DNA of 64,000 nt. It comes from Syntrophales bacterium. GTDB taxonomy: Bacteria > Desulfobacterota > Syntrophia > Syntrophales > UBA2210. The stretch is taken from positions 1,920,001 to 1,984,000 of the forward strand of contig CAXXNF010000002.1 in assembly GCA_963666365.2 (NCBI GenBank). Direction: 5' to 3'. A model generated the notes under the pieces. It did no database searches, had not been told where the DNA came from, and was given only the letters and a program-made list of their open reading frames with translations. Both the position numbers and the translations under genes were made by a program. Positions 50,592 through 59,691 of this stretch are shown piece after piece (position 1 is the stretch's first letter; the number at the start of each line of letters is the position of its first letter).

Positions 50592-51347
50592 ATGCAGGTG
50601 ATCTACGGCATCCATCCAATCCTTGAATCACTCAAATCAGGCGGTGAAGGGATTGAAAGAATCATCCTCGCGAGGGGAAAAAAAAGCGACGCCGTTAAGG
50701 AAATTCTCGCCATCGCGGGAAGGAAGGACATTGCGGTTAAATATGATGAGCGCGCTGCTCTTGACAGACTCGCCGCGGGGAAGCGTCATCAGGGAATTGT
50801 CTGCCTTTGCGAAGAGTTCATCTATACACCGCTGGAAGAAGTAATTTCACAGTGCACACATTCAGAAAGCGGCGGTCTCATACTGATCCTCGATTCAATT
50901 CTTGATCCGCAGAATCTGGGATCTTTGATTAGAAGCGGCCACTGTTTCGGTGCGAAGGGCATTATCATTCCGAAGAATCGCGCCGCACCCGTCACTCCCG
51001 CCGTTATGAAGGCATCAGCAGGGAGCGCCGGTCACACGGCAATATCCCGTGTGGTAAACATAGGGGCTGCAATCGATACGCTCAAGGAAGAGGGGTTCTG
51101 GATATACGGCGCCGATGTAGCGAAGGGACAGGACACGCGGAATTTTGATTATCAAGGACGGGTGGGCCTTGTGCTTGGCAGCGAGGGAACCGGTCTACGC
51201 CCCCTGGTCAAAGGCAAATGTGATTTCCTGATTACCATGCCCATGGCAGGCAGGATCGACTCTCTCAATGTGTCGGTAGCGGGAGGAATACTTATGTACG
51301 AAATTATGAGAAACAAATGTTCATGCGTATCCCCGAGTATTCTTTAG
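50592..51347 (+). CDS. rlmB: 23S rRNA (G2251-2'-O)-methyltransferase RlmB
   Basis: HQG, DPQNLGSLIRS, KASAG, GSEG, SLNVSVA. Confidence 0.9.
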   Translation: MQVIYGIHPILESLKSGGEGIERIILARGKKSDAVKEILAIAGRKDIAVKYDERAALDRLAAGKRHQGIVCLCEEFIYTPLEEVISQCTHSESGGLILILDSILDPQNLGSLIRSGHCFGAKGIIIPKNRAAPVTPAVMKASAGSAGHTAISRVVNIGAAIDTLKEEGFWIYGADVAKGQDTRNFDYQGRVGLVLGSEGTGLRPLVKGKCDFLITMPMAGRIDSLNVSVAGGILMYEIMRNKCSCVSPSIL

Positions 51348-51372
51348 GAACGTGCAGTAAGGAGGTTTGCAT

Positions 51373-52581
51373 ATGCCCGAATATATCTGGGTGGGGCTGA
51401 CAAAAAGGAAAGAGGAAAAAACAGGCGAAATAGAGGCCCCCGACGAAGCAGCAGTAAGAATTCAGCTCAGGCGACAGGGCATCAGGCCGAGCAGCATCAA
51501 GAAAAAACCCAAAGACCTCCTTGAGAATATTCCTTTTTTTCAGGAAAAGGTCAAAGAGAAAGACGTAGTCATTTTTGCACGACAGTTCGCCACAATGATT
51601 AATGCCGGCCTTCCCATTATTCAGTGCCTTGACCTGCTGTCGGCCGAGGAACCGAACAAGACCTTCAAAAAAATCGTTCTCACGATCAAGGATGATATTG
51701 AAGGAGGGTTGTCACTTTCAGAATCGATAGCGAAGTATCCCGATGTGTTCGACGATCTTTTTGTCAACCTCGTGGCCGCCGGCGAGGCAGGGGGTATTCT
51801 GGACCTGATTCTCAACAGACTTTCCAATTACATGGAAAAGGCCATGAAGCTCAAGTCCAAGGTCAAGGGCGCCATGACCTACCCTGCAAGCGTCCTCGTC
51901 ATCTCCATCGGCGTCGTCGTGCTTTTGCTTTATAAGGTGGTCCCGGTATTCGTTGACATGTTTTCCGGAATGGGATCGGCGCTTCCGGCGCCCACGCAAT
52001 TTCTTGTAGATGCCAGTGAGTTCGTCCAGAGCTATATAATCTATATGGCAGCCGGCGCGGCTGTTCTTATCTTTGCTTTTAAACGGTACTACAAGACACA
52101 ACGGGGAAGGCTTCAGGTGGACAGTCTTGTGCTCAAAGCGCCGGTCTTCGGCGATCTGCTCAAGAAGGTCGCGGTGGCAAAGTTTTCGCGCACACTGTCG
52201 ACAATGATCAGCAGCGGCGTTCCTATCCTGCAGGGCCTTGAAATCGTCAGCAAAACAGCGGGGAACAAGGTCGTCGAGAATTCCCTTATGGCAACACGAA
52301 AAAGCATCAGCGAAGGGAAAACAATTGCAGAACCTCTTGCAGCAACGGGAATCTTTCCCTCAATGGTGGTCTCAATGATCGGAGTGGGAGAAAACACTGG
52401 CGCCCTTGACGCAATGCTTGCAAAGATCGCCGATTTTTATGACGACGAGGTTGACGCTGCGGTAGACGCACTCACCTCTCTTCTGGAACCTTTTATGATG
52501 GTGTTTCTGGGAGGGGTTGTGGGCGGCATGCTGATCGCACTCTACCTTCCCATTTTCTCCATGGCCGGCACCGTAGGGTAA
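51373..52581 (+). CDS. pilC: Type IV pilus platform protein PilC (GspF family)
   Basis: FARQFATMINAGLP, AGEAGGIL, AMTYP, VGENTGALD, LLEP, YLPIF. Confidence 0.9.
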   Translation: MPEYIWVGLTKRKEEKTGEIEAPDEAAVRIQLRRQGIRPSSIKKKPKDLLENIPFFQEKVKEKDVVIFARQFATMINAGLPIIQCLDLLSAEEPNKTFKKIVLTIKDDIEGGLSLSESIAKYPDVFDDLFVNLVAAGEAGGILDLILNRLSNYMEKAMKLKSKVKGAMTYPASVLVISIGVVVLLLYKVVPVFVDMFSGMGSALPAPTQFLVDASEFVQSYIIYMAAGAAVLIFAFKRYYKTQRGRLQVDSLVLKAPVFGDLLKKVAVAKFSRTLSTMISSGVPILQGLEIVSKTAGNKVVENSLMATRKSISEGKTIAEPLAATGIFPSMVVSMIGVGENTGALDAMLAKIADFYDDEVDAAVDALTSLLEPFMMVFLGGVVGGMLIALYLPIFSMAGTVG

Positions 52582-52627
52582 GGCATCTCCCGCCGCCCCC
52601 ATGGCCGTTGCGCAGGAAAGAAAAAAA

Positions 52628-52704
52628 TGGTCGGGATGGCGCGATTTGAACGCGCGACTCCTGCGTCCCGAACGCAGTGCCCTACCAGGCTGGGCCACAT
52701 CCCG
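52628..52704 (-). tRNA. tRNA-Pro (anticodon CGG)
   Basis: CGGGATG acceptor stem, D-arm GCCCAGCCTGGTAGGGC, anticodon arm CTGCG-TTCGGGA-CGCAG, TTCAAAT T-loop, encoded CCA; 77 nt. Confidence 0.96.
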
Positions 52705-52790
52705 ACACGGAAGTTCCAATTATATAATTTATCGAAAAAAGTCCATAAAAAAATGGATGTAAAAGAAATTGCATGATAGAAGGCTTCGCA

Positions 52791-52819
52791 TTGTCAGTCA
52801 TGTTGTTTCGTGATATAGT
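52791..52819 (+). promoter_or_regulatory. Sigma70 promoter (extended -10) upstream of the DUF1178 gene
   Basis: TTGTCA, 17 nt ending in TGA, then TATAGT. Confidence 0.6.
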
Positions 52820-52849
52820 GTTTATAAATTTCTAAGGGGTAATAATTTC

Positions 52850-53266
52850 GTGATAGTTTATGATCTTACCTGCCAGGATAACCATATATTTGAGGGATGG
52901 TTCAAAGATCGTGCAGCCTATGAGAAACAGAAGGAGAAAAAGCTGATCGTCTGTCCCGTGTGCGGAAGTCTGGACATAGAAATGGTTCCATCGTCCGTGG
53001 CTATCGTAGGAAAGGGTTCGCATGAAAGAGAGGTGACGCAACCCCGGGACCGGACGCCCGCGATGAATCTGAAGATGCTGAGCGATTTCATTGACAAACA
53101 CTTTGACAATGTGGGGGACCATTTTGCTGAGGTCGCCCTGAAAATGCACCGTGGCGAAGAAGAAAAGAGAAACATAAAAGGGTACACCACAAAGACAGAG
53201 GAAGAAACGCTTAAGGAAGAAGGCGTACAGTTTATAAAAATCCCCACACCCAAATTTGACAGTTGA
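52850..53266 (+). CDS. DUF1178 family protein
   Basis: YDLTC..H.FEGWF, CPVCGS, NVGDHFAEVA. Confidence 0.85.
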   Translation: MIVYDLTCQDNHIFEGWFKDRAAYEKQKEKKLIVCPVCGSLDIEMVPSSVAIVGKGSHEREVTQPRDRTPAMNLKMLSDFIDKHFDNVGDHFAEVALKMHRGEEEKRNIKGYTTKTEEETLKEEGVQFIKIPTPKFDS

Positions 53267-53335
53267 TCCGTTCGGGAGTAGAGGAATACATCGCCAGGGG
53301 TTTCGCATGCGACCACCTTTTATTTATGTGCGGCC

Positions 53336-55644
53336 ATGAAAGAACAGCACCATACCATCCTCGATCTGATCGGAAACACGCCCCTTGTGCAGATCAATGC
53401 ATTGAATCCCTATGTACAGGTCAAAATCTATGCAAAACTGGAAGGCGCCAATCCGGGAGGTTCCATAAAAGATCGTACCGCCCTCTATATGATTGAACGG
53501 GCCGAGGAGCGAGGCGTTCTCACAAAAGGCAAGGTCATAATCGAGGCAACCAGCGGCAACACGGGCATCGGACTGGCCATGGTGGCCGCAGCGAAAGGAT
53601 ACCGCCTGATTCTCGCCATGTCGGAGGCGGCAAGTGAGGAACGTAAAAAAATCCTCAGGGCCATGGGCGCCGAGCTTCTCTTCACGCCGGCACATCTGGG
53701 AACCGACGGCGCGATCGAAAAGATCTACGAGATGCTCCGCCGGTTTCCCGATAAATACTTCATGCCCGATCAGTTCAACAGTCCCGACAACGTTATGGCC
53801 CATTATTACGGCACGGCGAAGAAATATGGCGGCAAACGGAAGGAACCGTGACCTCGGTGATTGCCACATTGGGAACATCGGGCACTGCAATGGGACTTGC
53901 CAAAAGGCTCAAGGAATTAAACAGTTCGGTCAGAATCATTGGCGTGGAACCCTATCTCCGGCATAAGATACAGGGACTCAAAAATATGAAGGAGTCCTAT
54001 CGCCCCGGCATCTTTGAAAGAAACCTTCTGGACGAAAAGATACACATTGCCGATGAAGACGCCTTTGAAACGGCAAGAAAACTGGCGAGGACGGAAGGAC
54101 TTCTGGTCGGCATGAGTTCCGGCGCTGCCATGCACGTCGCCCTGGAACAGGCCGAGAAGATGCAGGAAGGGGTGATTGTCGCTATTTTCCCGGACCGCGG
54201 TGATCGTTATCTGAGCACGGAGCTCTTTTCCGACAAAGAAGAAACCTCACTTCAGATATACAACACAATGAATCGGACGAAGGAATCATTCAGACCCATC
54301 AGTCAGAAGCGTGTACTGATGCACTCCTGCGGTCCCTCCGTGCACGATGTTCCCCACATAGGCACCTACAGGCGGTTCATCGTGGCCGATGTGATCATGC
54401 GATATTTGAAACAGAAGGGCTTTCAGGTACTTCATGAAGTCAATATCATCGACATGGCCGACCGGTCAATAAAAGGCGCCGAACAGGCAGGCATCCCCAT
54501 TGAAGGATACACAAAGCAATATATTCAGGCTTTTTTCGATGATGTCGTCACGCTTAATATCAGCAGTGACATACTGTACCCCAAGGCAAGCGAAAATGTG
54601 GACTCGATGATCACCCTGGCCGAACAGCTGGTGGAAAAGGGGTTCGCCTACGAGAAACTGAGGTCCGTATATTTTGATATATCCAGGCTTGACGACTACG
54701 GGCTTCTTTCCAATATCGATCTTGGCCGCGTCCGCCACAGGCACACAATCGACCAGGATGAGTACGAAAAAGACAGCCCCGTTGACTTCACCCTGCTCAA
54801 GCGATCGACGCTGGCGGAGCTGAAAAAAGGCATCTATTGCAAGACGAAGTGGGGGAATGTCCGCCCCAGCTGGCATCTTGAATGCGCGGCCACTGCCCGC
54901 AAATATCTCGCCGATACGTTCGATATATTCGTATCCGGAGCCGATATCATATTCCCCCACTGCGAAAACGTGATGGCCATCGGGAAAGCAGCCACCGGAA
55001 AAATCCCGGCGACATATTGGATGCATGCGGAAATCGTAATGCGCCAAGGAAAGAAAATGTCCCGTTCTCTCGACAACACCTTTACGATCGGCGATCTTAT
55101 CGAAAAAGGGTATTCAGGAAAAGACCTCCGATATTTTCTCCTCAGTTCGCATTACCGGAAACCGCTCAATTTTTCTTTCGGCGCCCTCGACACGTCAAGA
55201 AATACGGTGCGAAGGCTCAATAATTTTATTCAGAAACTTATCCGCGCCGTCCCCGGAAAAGAACAGGCCGAACTGGATCAGCATGTATATGACGTCAGAA
55301 AGGCCTTTTCCGAAGCAATGGACGACGATTTTAACATCTCCGGCGCCCTTGCGGCGATATTCACTTTTGTCAAGACCATCCATTCGCTGCTTTCGGAACA
55401 ACGGCTTTCAAGAAACCAGATCGAGACGGTGATAGAAGTGCTGAAGAAAATCGACGATGCACTGGGCATCATGGATTTTCAGGAATCGACCCTCGAAAAA
55501 GACATTCGGGATCTGCTGAAACAGCGTGAAGGCGCACGAAAAGAGGCACGCTGGGAGGAAGCGGACCGAATTCGCCGGGAGCTGGCGGAAAGAGGGGTCA
55601 GACTTCAGGACACGCCTGAGGGAACCTTCTGGAGCATGGAGTGA
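53336..55644 (+). CDS. Cysteine synthase (PLP)::cysteinyl-tRNA synthetase-like fusion, interrupted by a 1-nt frameshift near 53818
   Basis: ORF 53336-53851 has IGNTPL, NPGGSIKDR, ATSGNTG, DQF. The -1 frame continues EEIWRQTEGTVTSVIATLGTSGT, then GMSSG and PDRGDRYLS, then CysRS-like YNT, CGP, WHLEC, FPH, KMSRS, HYR, DDFN, ADRIR. Confidence 0.85.
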
Positions 55645-55774
55645 ACAATCACTGTAATGATGGGGCTGAGGGTTCAATTGAACCGGCCTTTGGTGCATAT
55701 AGGCTTCCCCGAGCTGCCGTAAAAGGCATAATGTGTTTTGGCGGCTGCACGTACCAGGAGAGGAGAAACATATC

Positions 55775-56167
55775 ATGAAGCTTAGCGAGTACTTTGAAAC
55801 GGCGGAAGGCCTCGGCATTCTTTCAACAGCCGATTCATCGGGCAGGGTCAACTCAGCCGTGTACGGAAGGCCCCATGTCATCGATGAAGAAACAGTTGCC
55901 TTCATTATGGCCGAGCGCCTGACCTATTCCAATCTTCAGTCAAATCCCTCCGCCCTCTATCTTTTCAAAGAAGCGGGAGAGCACTACCTGGGGAAAAGAC
56001 TCTATCTGACCAAGACAAAAGAAATCAGTGATCAAAATATGATCGATGAGATCAGAAGAAGGCCGCATTATCGGCATGATTACAAGAAAGACCCGGGCGA
56101 CCAGAAGCATCTCGTCTATTTCCATATCGATCAAGCGCTTCCGCTGGTGGGAAGCGCTGCTCTCTGA
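55775..56167 (+). CDS. Pyridoxamine 5'-phosphate oxidase-like (flavin split-barrel) protein
   Basis: GILSTADSSGRVNSAVYGRP, NLQSNP; AGGAGAGGAG SD. Confidence 0.75.
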   Translation: MKLSEYFETAEGLGILSTADSSGRVNSAVYGRPHVIDEETVAFIMAERLTYSNLQSNPSALYLFKEAGEHYLGKRLYLTKTKEISDQNMIDEIRRRPHYRHDYKKDPGDQKHLVYFHIDQALPLVGSAAL

Positions 56168-56172
56168 ACTGG

Positions 56173-57519
56173 ATGAATACAAAGAGAATTCGTACATTAC
56201 AGGAAGGTGCTGCGAAAAAGGGGCCGGTTCTTTACTGGATGAGCCGGGATCAGCGCGCATTCGACAACTGGGCGCTCGTCTTCGCGCAAGAAGAAGCAAT
56301 AAAGAAGAAAGAAGCACTTCTGGTTGTGTTCTGCCTGGTTCCCGAATTCCTCGATGCCGCATCACGGCAGTATGTGTTCATGCTCGAAGGGCTTCGCACT
56401 ATCCAGGGGACCTTGAGTGAGAAAGATATACCCTTTTGTCTTCTCAGGGGATCGCCACAGATTGAAATTCCCAAATTTATAGCAACTCATACAGTGGGGA
56501 CACTCATCACCGATTTCGACCCTCTGAAAATCAAGCGCCGGTGGAAAAAAGCAACCATGGGAAAAATTCAAATCCCCCTGTATGAAGTCGATGCCCACAA
56601 TATTGTTCCCTGCTGGTGCGCCTCATCGAAGCAGGAGTTTGCCGCCAGGACCTTTCGCCCCAAAATCACGAAGCTCCTTGCTGAGTTTCTCGATGCCTAT
56701 CCGCCCCTTCTTCGCCATCCCTTCCCCTGGCAAGAGAAGTCCTCCTCACCACAATGGAGTGAGATCGAAGGCCCCCTCGGACCCGGACAAGGCACATCAT
56801 CGGAGGAGTGGATCATTCCGGGAGAGCACGCGGCGCGGGCTGCACTGAAACACTTTATTGCCCGGGGTCTTGCCGTCTATGACGAAACACGGAACAATCC
56901 CACAAAAGCCGGCCAGTCGGGTCTTTCCCCTTTTCTTCACTTCGGGCACCTTTCCGCCCAGAGAACGGTTCTGGAGATAAAAAAGTCGCCTTTGGCTGAA
57001 TCGACAAAGGCGCCCTTTCTGGAAGAGCTGGTGGTGAGACGGGAACTTTCCGACAACTTCTGTTATTATAACGATCGCTACGACAGTGTCGAAGGATTCC
57101 CCGATTGGGCAATAAAGACGCTTCGGAACCACAGGGAAGATCGAAGGCCCTATGCCTATTCACTTTCACAGCTTGAAGGCGCCGGCACCCACGACGAGCT
57201 CTGGAACGCCGCTCAAATGGAAATGGTGAAAAAAGGAAAGATGCACGGATACATGCGCATGTACTGGGCAAAAAAAATTCTCGAATGGACGGGATCCCCC
57301 GAGGAAGCCTTCGAAATCGCCCTCTATCTCAATAATCGCTATGAACTTGACGGGCGTGATCCCAACGGCTATGCGGGATGCGCCTGGTCGATCGGTGGCG
57401 TCCATGACCGGGCCTGGTTCGAACGGCCCCTGTTCGGAAAAATCCGCTATATGAGTTATAACGGATGCAAATCGAAATTTAATGTCAATGACTACATCAG
57501 ACAAATCAAGGATCTGTAA
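56173..57519 (+). CDS. phrB: Class II CPD photolyase
   Basis: YWMSRDQR..DNWAL, VDAHNIVP, SPFLHFG, RRELSDNF, MHGYMRMYWAKKILEW, DGRDPNG. Confidence 0.93.
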   Translation: MNTKRIRTLQEGAAKKGPVLYWMSRDQRAFDNWALVFAQEEAIKKKEALLVVFCLVPEFLDAASRQYVFMLEGLRTIQGTLSEKDIPFCLLRGSPQIEIPKFIATHTVGTLITDFDPLKIKRRWKKATMGKIQIPLYEVDAHNIVPCWCASSKQEFAARTFRPKITKLLAEFLDAYPPLLRHPFPWQEKSSSPQWSEIEGPLGPGQGTSSEEWIIPGEHAARAALKHFIARGLAVYDETRNNPTKAGQSGLSPFLHFGHLSAQRTVLEIKKSPLAESTKAPFLEELVVRRELSDNFCYYNDRYDSVEGFPDWAIKTLRNHREDRRPYAYSLSQLEGAGTHDELWNAAQMEMVKKGKMHGYMRMYWAKKILEWTGSPEEAFEIALYLNNRYELDGRDPNGYAGCAWSIGGVHDRAWFERPLFGKIRYMSYNGCKSKFNVNDYIRQIKDL

Positions 57520-57534
57520 AGGAAGGAACAGATA

Positions 57535-58152
57535 ATGAGCAAAAAGGACAGAAAAATAATTCTGATTGCCCAGTGCCTCGTCAACCCTTACTGCAGGGTG
57601 CATCTTCTGGGCCAGAATTTCCCCCTCTCCCATGAATTGATGGACTATCTTATGGACAGACGGGTCGGCGTCATTCAATATCCCTGCCCCGAGACAACGG
57701 CCATGGGTCTCATGCGCAATCCCCAGGGCCGCCAGCAGTACGACAATATTTTTTTTCGCAGGCACTGCAAGGAACTTCTCTCCATTCCGATTCTCATGAT
57801 TAAGGAATTCCTTTCACAAAACTACCGGCTCACGTGCTTCATCGGTCTGGAAAACAGTCCCACCTGCGGAATCCACTGGGGGAAACACAAGGTTAATCGG
57901 TACCAGACGGAATCGCCGAATCCTGTGGAAACGCCCGATTCGAGGGACCCCGTGCTGATGGGAATCATGGCGGAAATTCTATCGGAAGAACTCTCACAGG
58001 AAGGCATACTGGTCCCATTCCTGGAATTTCCGACAAAAGAGCCGCCCGATTCGCCCAAACGAAAGGCCTTCTGGGACGATCTGAAGAGAACCGTGGAGCC
58101 TCATCTCTTTTCATCAGCCGAGACGACATCGAACGACACTGAAGAAGAATAA
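57535..58152 (+). CDS. TudS/DUF523-related putative Fe-S desulfidase
   Basis: AQCLVN, YPCPE and SPTCG cysteine motifs typical of the DUF523/TudS fold. Confidence 0.6.
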   Translation: MSKKDRKIILIAQCLVNPYCRVHLLGQNFPLSHELMDYLMDRRVGVIQYPCPETTAMGLMRNPQGRQQYDNIFFRRHCKELLSIPILMIKEFLSQNYRLTCFIGLENSPTCGIHWGKHKVNRYQTESPNPVETPDSRDPVLMGIMAEILSEELSQEGILVPFLEFPTKEPPDSPKRKAFWDDLKRTVEPHLFSSAETTSNDTEEE

Positions 58153-58156
58153 CAGC

Positions 58157-59020
58157 GTGACAATGGTTGACAGAACAGATCCAATCCACCGCAGGATATC
58201 GGACTTTCAAACAAGAGTGTACGATCATTACGAAAGGGAGGGCCGTGACCTTCCCTGGAGAAAAACCACCGACCCTTACAAAATCCTTGTCTCGGAGGTG
58301 ATGCTTCAGCAGTCCCAGGTATCCCGCGTCGTTGAAAAATATCAGATGTTTATCCGTCTTTTTCCCGATCCCGAAAGCCTCGCACATGCACCCCTCCATA
58401 ACATCCTCTCCGCTTGGCAGGGAATGGGCTATAATCGCCGCGCCCTTTCACTGAAAAAATCGGCTCAGCGGATCAGGGAATTCCATAGCGGCATGGTGCC
58501 CGAGGATGAAGAATCGCTCCTTTCGCTTCCGGGAATCGGTGTAGCAACGGCGAGGGCAATTCAGGCTTTCGCCTTTAACAAGCCGGTTATTCTGATCGAA
58601 ACCAACATCAGGGCGGTATTTATTCATCATTTTTTTCCCGAACACACCAAAGTTCCCGATTCCGCAATTTACCCGCTTGTCGCACGTACGCTCGACACCA
58701 CGGATCCTCGAAAATGGTACAACGCATTGATGGATTACGGGGTCCATCTGAAAAAGATGTACGGCAACCCTGCACGTCTCAGCGCTCACTATCGACGGCA
58801 GGCGCCCTTCAAAGGATCGATTCGCCAGGTGAGAGGCGCAATCCTGCGCGGCATTCTCGAAAAGAAGACGATATCAGAAAGCGACCTTATGGAAACGCTT
58901 TCCCTCGAATCGGATCAATTGAGCCATATTCTCAAAACACTCGAAGCGGAAGGACTAATTGTCAATCGAGGCGGTCTTATTTCCATTGCACACAGATCAG
59001 CTCGACGAATCACGCCTTAA
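58157..59020 (+). CDS. HhH-GPD A/G-specific adenine glycosylase-like protein (MutY-like, no Fe-S motif)
   Basis: RDLPWR, VSEVMLQQSQV, WQGMGYNRRA, LPGIGVATA, ETN, ALMDYG. Confidence 0.85.
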   Translation: MTMVDRTDPIHRRISDFQTRVYDHYEREGRDLPWRKTTDPYKILVSEVMLQQSQVSRVVEKYQMFIRLFPDPESLAHAPLHNILSAWQGMGYNRRALSLKKSAQRIREFHSGMVPEDEESLLSLPGIGVATARAIQAFAFNKPVILIETNIRAVFIHHFFPEHTKVPDSAIYPLVARTLDTTDPRKWYNALMDYGVHLKKMYGNPARLSAHYRRQAPFKGSIRQVRGAILRGILEKKTISESDLMETLSLESDQLSHILKTLEAEGLIVNRGGLISIAHRSARRITP

Positions 59021-59079
59021 CGCTGGCTTTTTTATAGTCTACATCCCGGAATGTATACTTTGTAAAAGGAGTTTTCCCT

Positions 59080-59682
59080 ATGATTTCAAGAATTGATCAT
59101 GTTTCAATTGCAGTGAAGGATTACGAAAAGGCATCCAGGTTTTTTCAGGTACTTCTCGGCGCCATACCCGGCGCCCATGAAGAGGATCCATCGATGCAGT
59201 ATCTTTGGCAGATCTTTTCTCTGGGTGATCTTTCCCGTCTGGAACTCATGAAAATGACGGGGGAAAATAGTTTCCTCAAAAATTTCCTTGCCGGCAGGGA
59301 AGAAGGGGGCGTCCACCACATCACCCTTGAAACGCCGGACATCGAAAAGGCGCGCCGTACCCTGGAGGAACATGATATCCCCTATTTTGGATTCAGGAAA
59401 CTGGGTGAACGATGGAAAGAACTATTCATTCACCCAAAGAACGCCTTCGGCGTGCTCATCCAGATCGCCGAGTTCAATCCCGACGACTGGCTTGCGCACG
59501 CGGTTAAATTTCCCGGGGACCGGCGTTTTACGGTCACAAAGAATGGCCCTGGGTGTGCACTGACGTTTGCACATCCCGGGGGCGGCAAGGTGTCCTTTAA
59601 GCTCTCCCGGGAGGAAGCTCATCGTCTGATTGACGATCTCAGGAAGACGTTTGACGAGAGCGTCTCCGTGAAGGAAAAATAG
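59080..59682 (+). CDS. VOC family protein (methylmalonyl-CoA epimerase-like) with a C-terminal extension
   Basis: IDHVSIAV, LELM, GVHHI, FIHPKNAFGVLIQ. Confidence 0.78.
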   Translation: MISRIDHVSIAVKDYEKASRFFQVLLGAIPGAHEEDPSMQYLWQIFSLGDLSRLELMKMTGENSFLKNFLAGREEGGVHHITLETPDIEKARRTLEEHDIPYFGFRKLGERWKELFIHPKNAFGVLIQIAEFNPDDWLAHAVKFPGDRRFTVTKNGPGCALTFAHPGGGKVSFKLSREEAHRLIDDLRKTFDESVSVKEK

Positions 59683-59691
59683 CTCCGGTTC

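Noticed and set aside
52582..52850. tRNA-Pro as an integration site for an island
   Set aside because: No integrase nearby and no duplicated tRNA 3' end seen in the window.
53810..53851. Programmed -1 frameshift or selenocysteine readthrough at the TGA
   Set aside because: No slippery heptamer, and the TGA is in the already shifted, non-homologous frame.
55655..55712. Resemblance to a fluoride riboswitch (GATGGGG...AACCG)
   Set aside because: P1 pairing and the GCU.AUGAC 3' motif are missing.
59014..59033. Intrinsic terminator after the MutY-like gene
   Set aside because: Has a T6 tract but only a ~3-bp stem.
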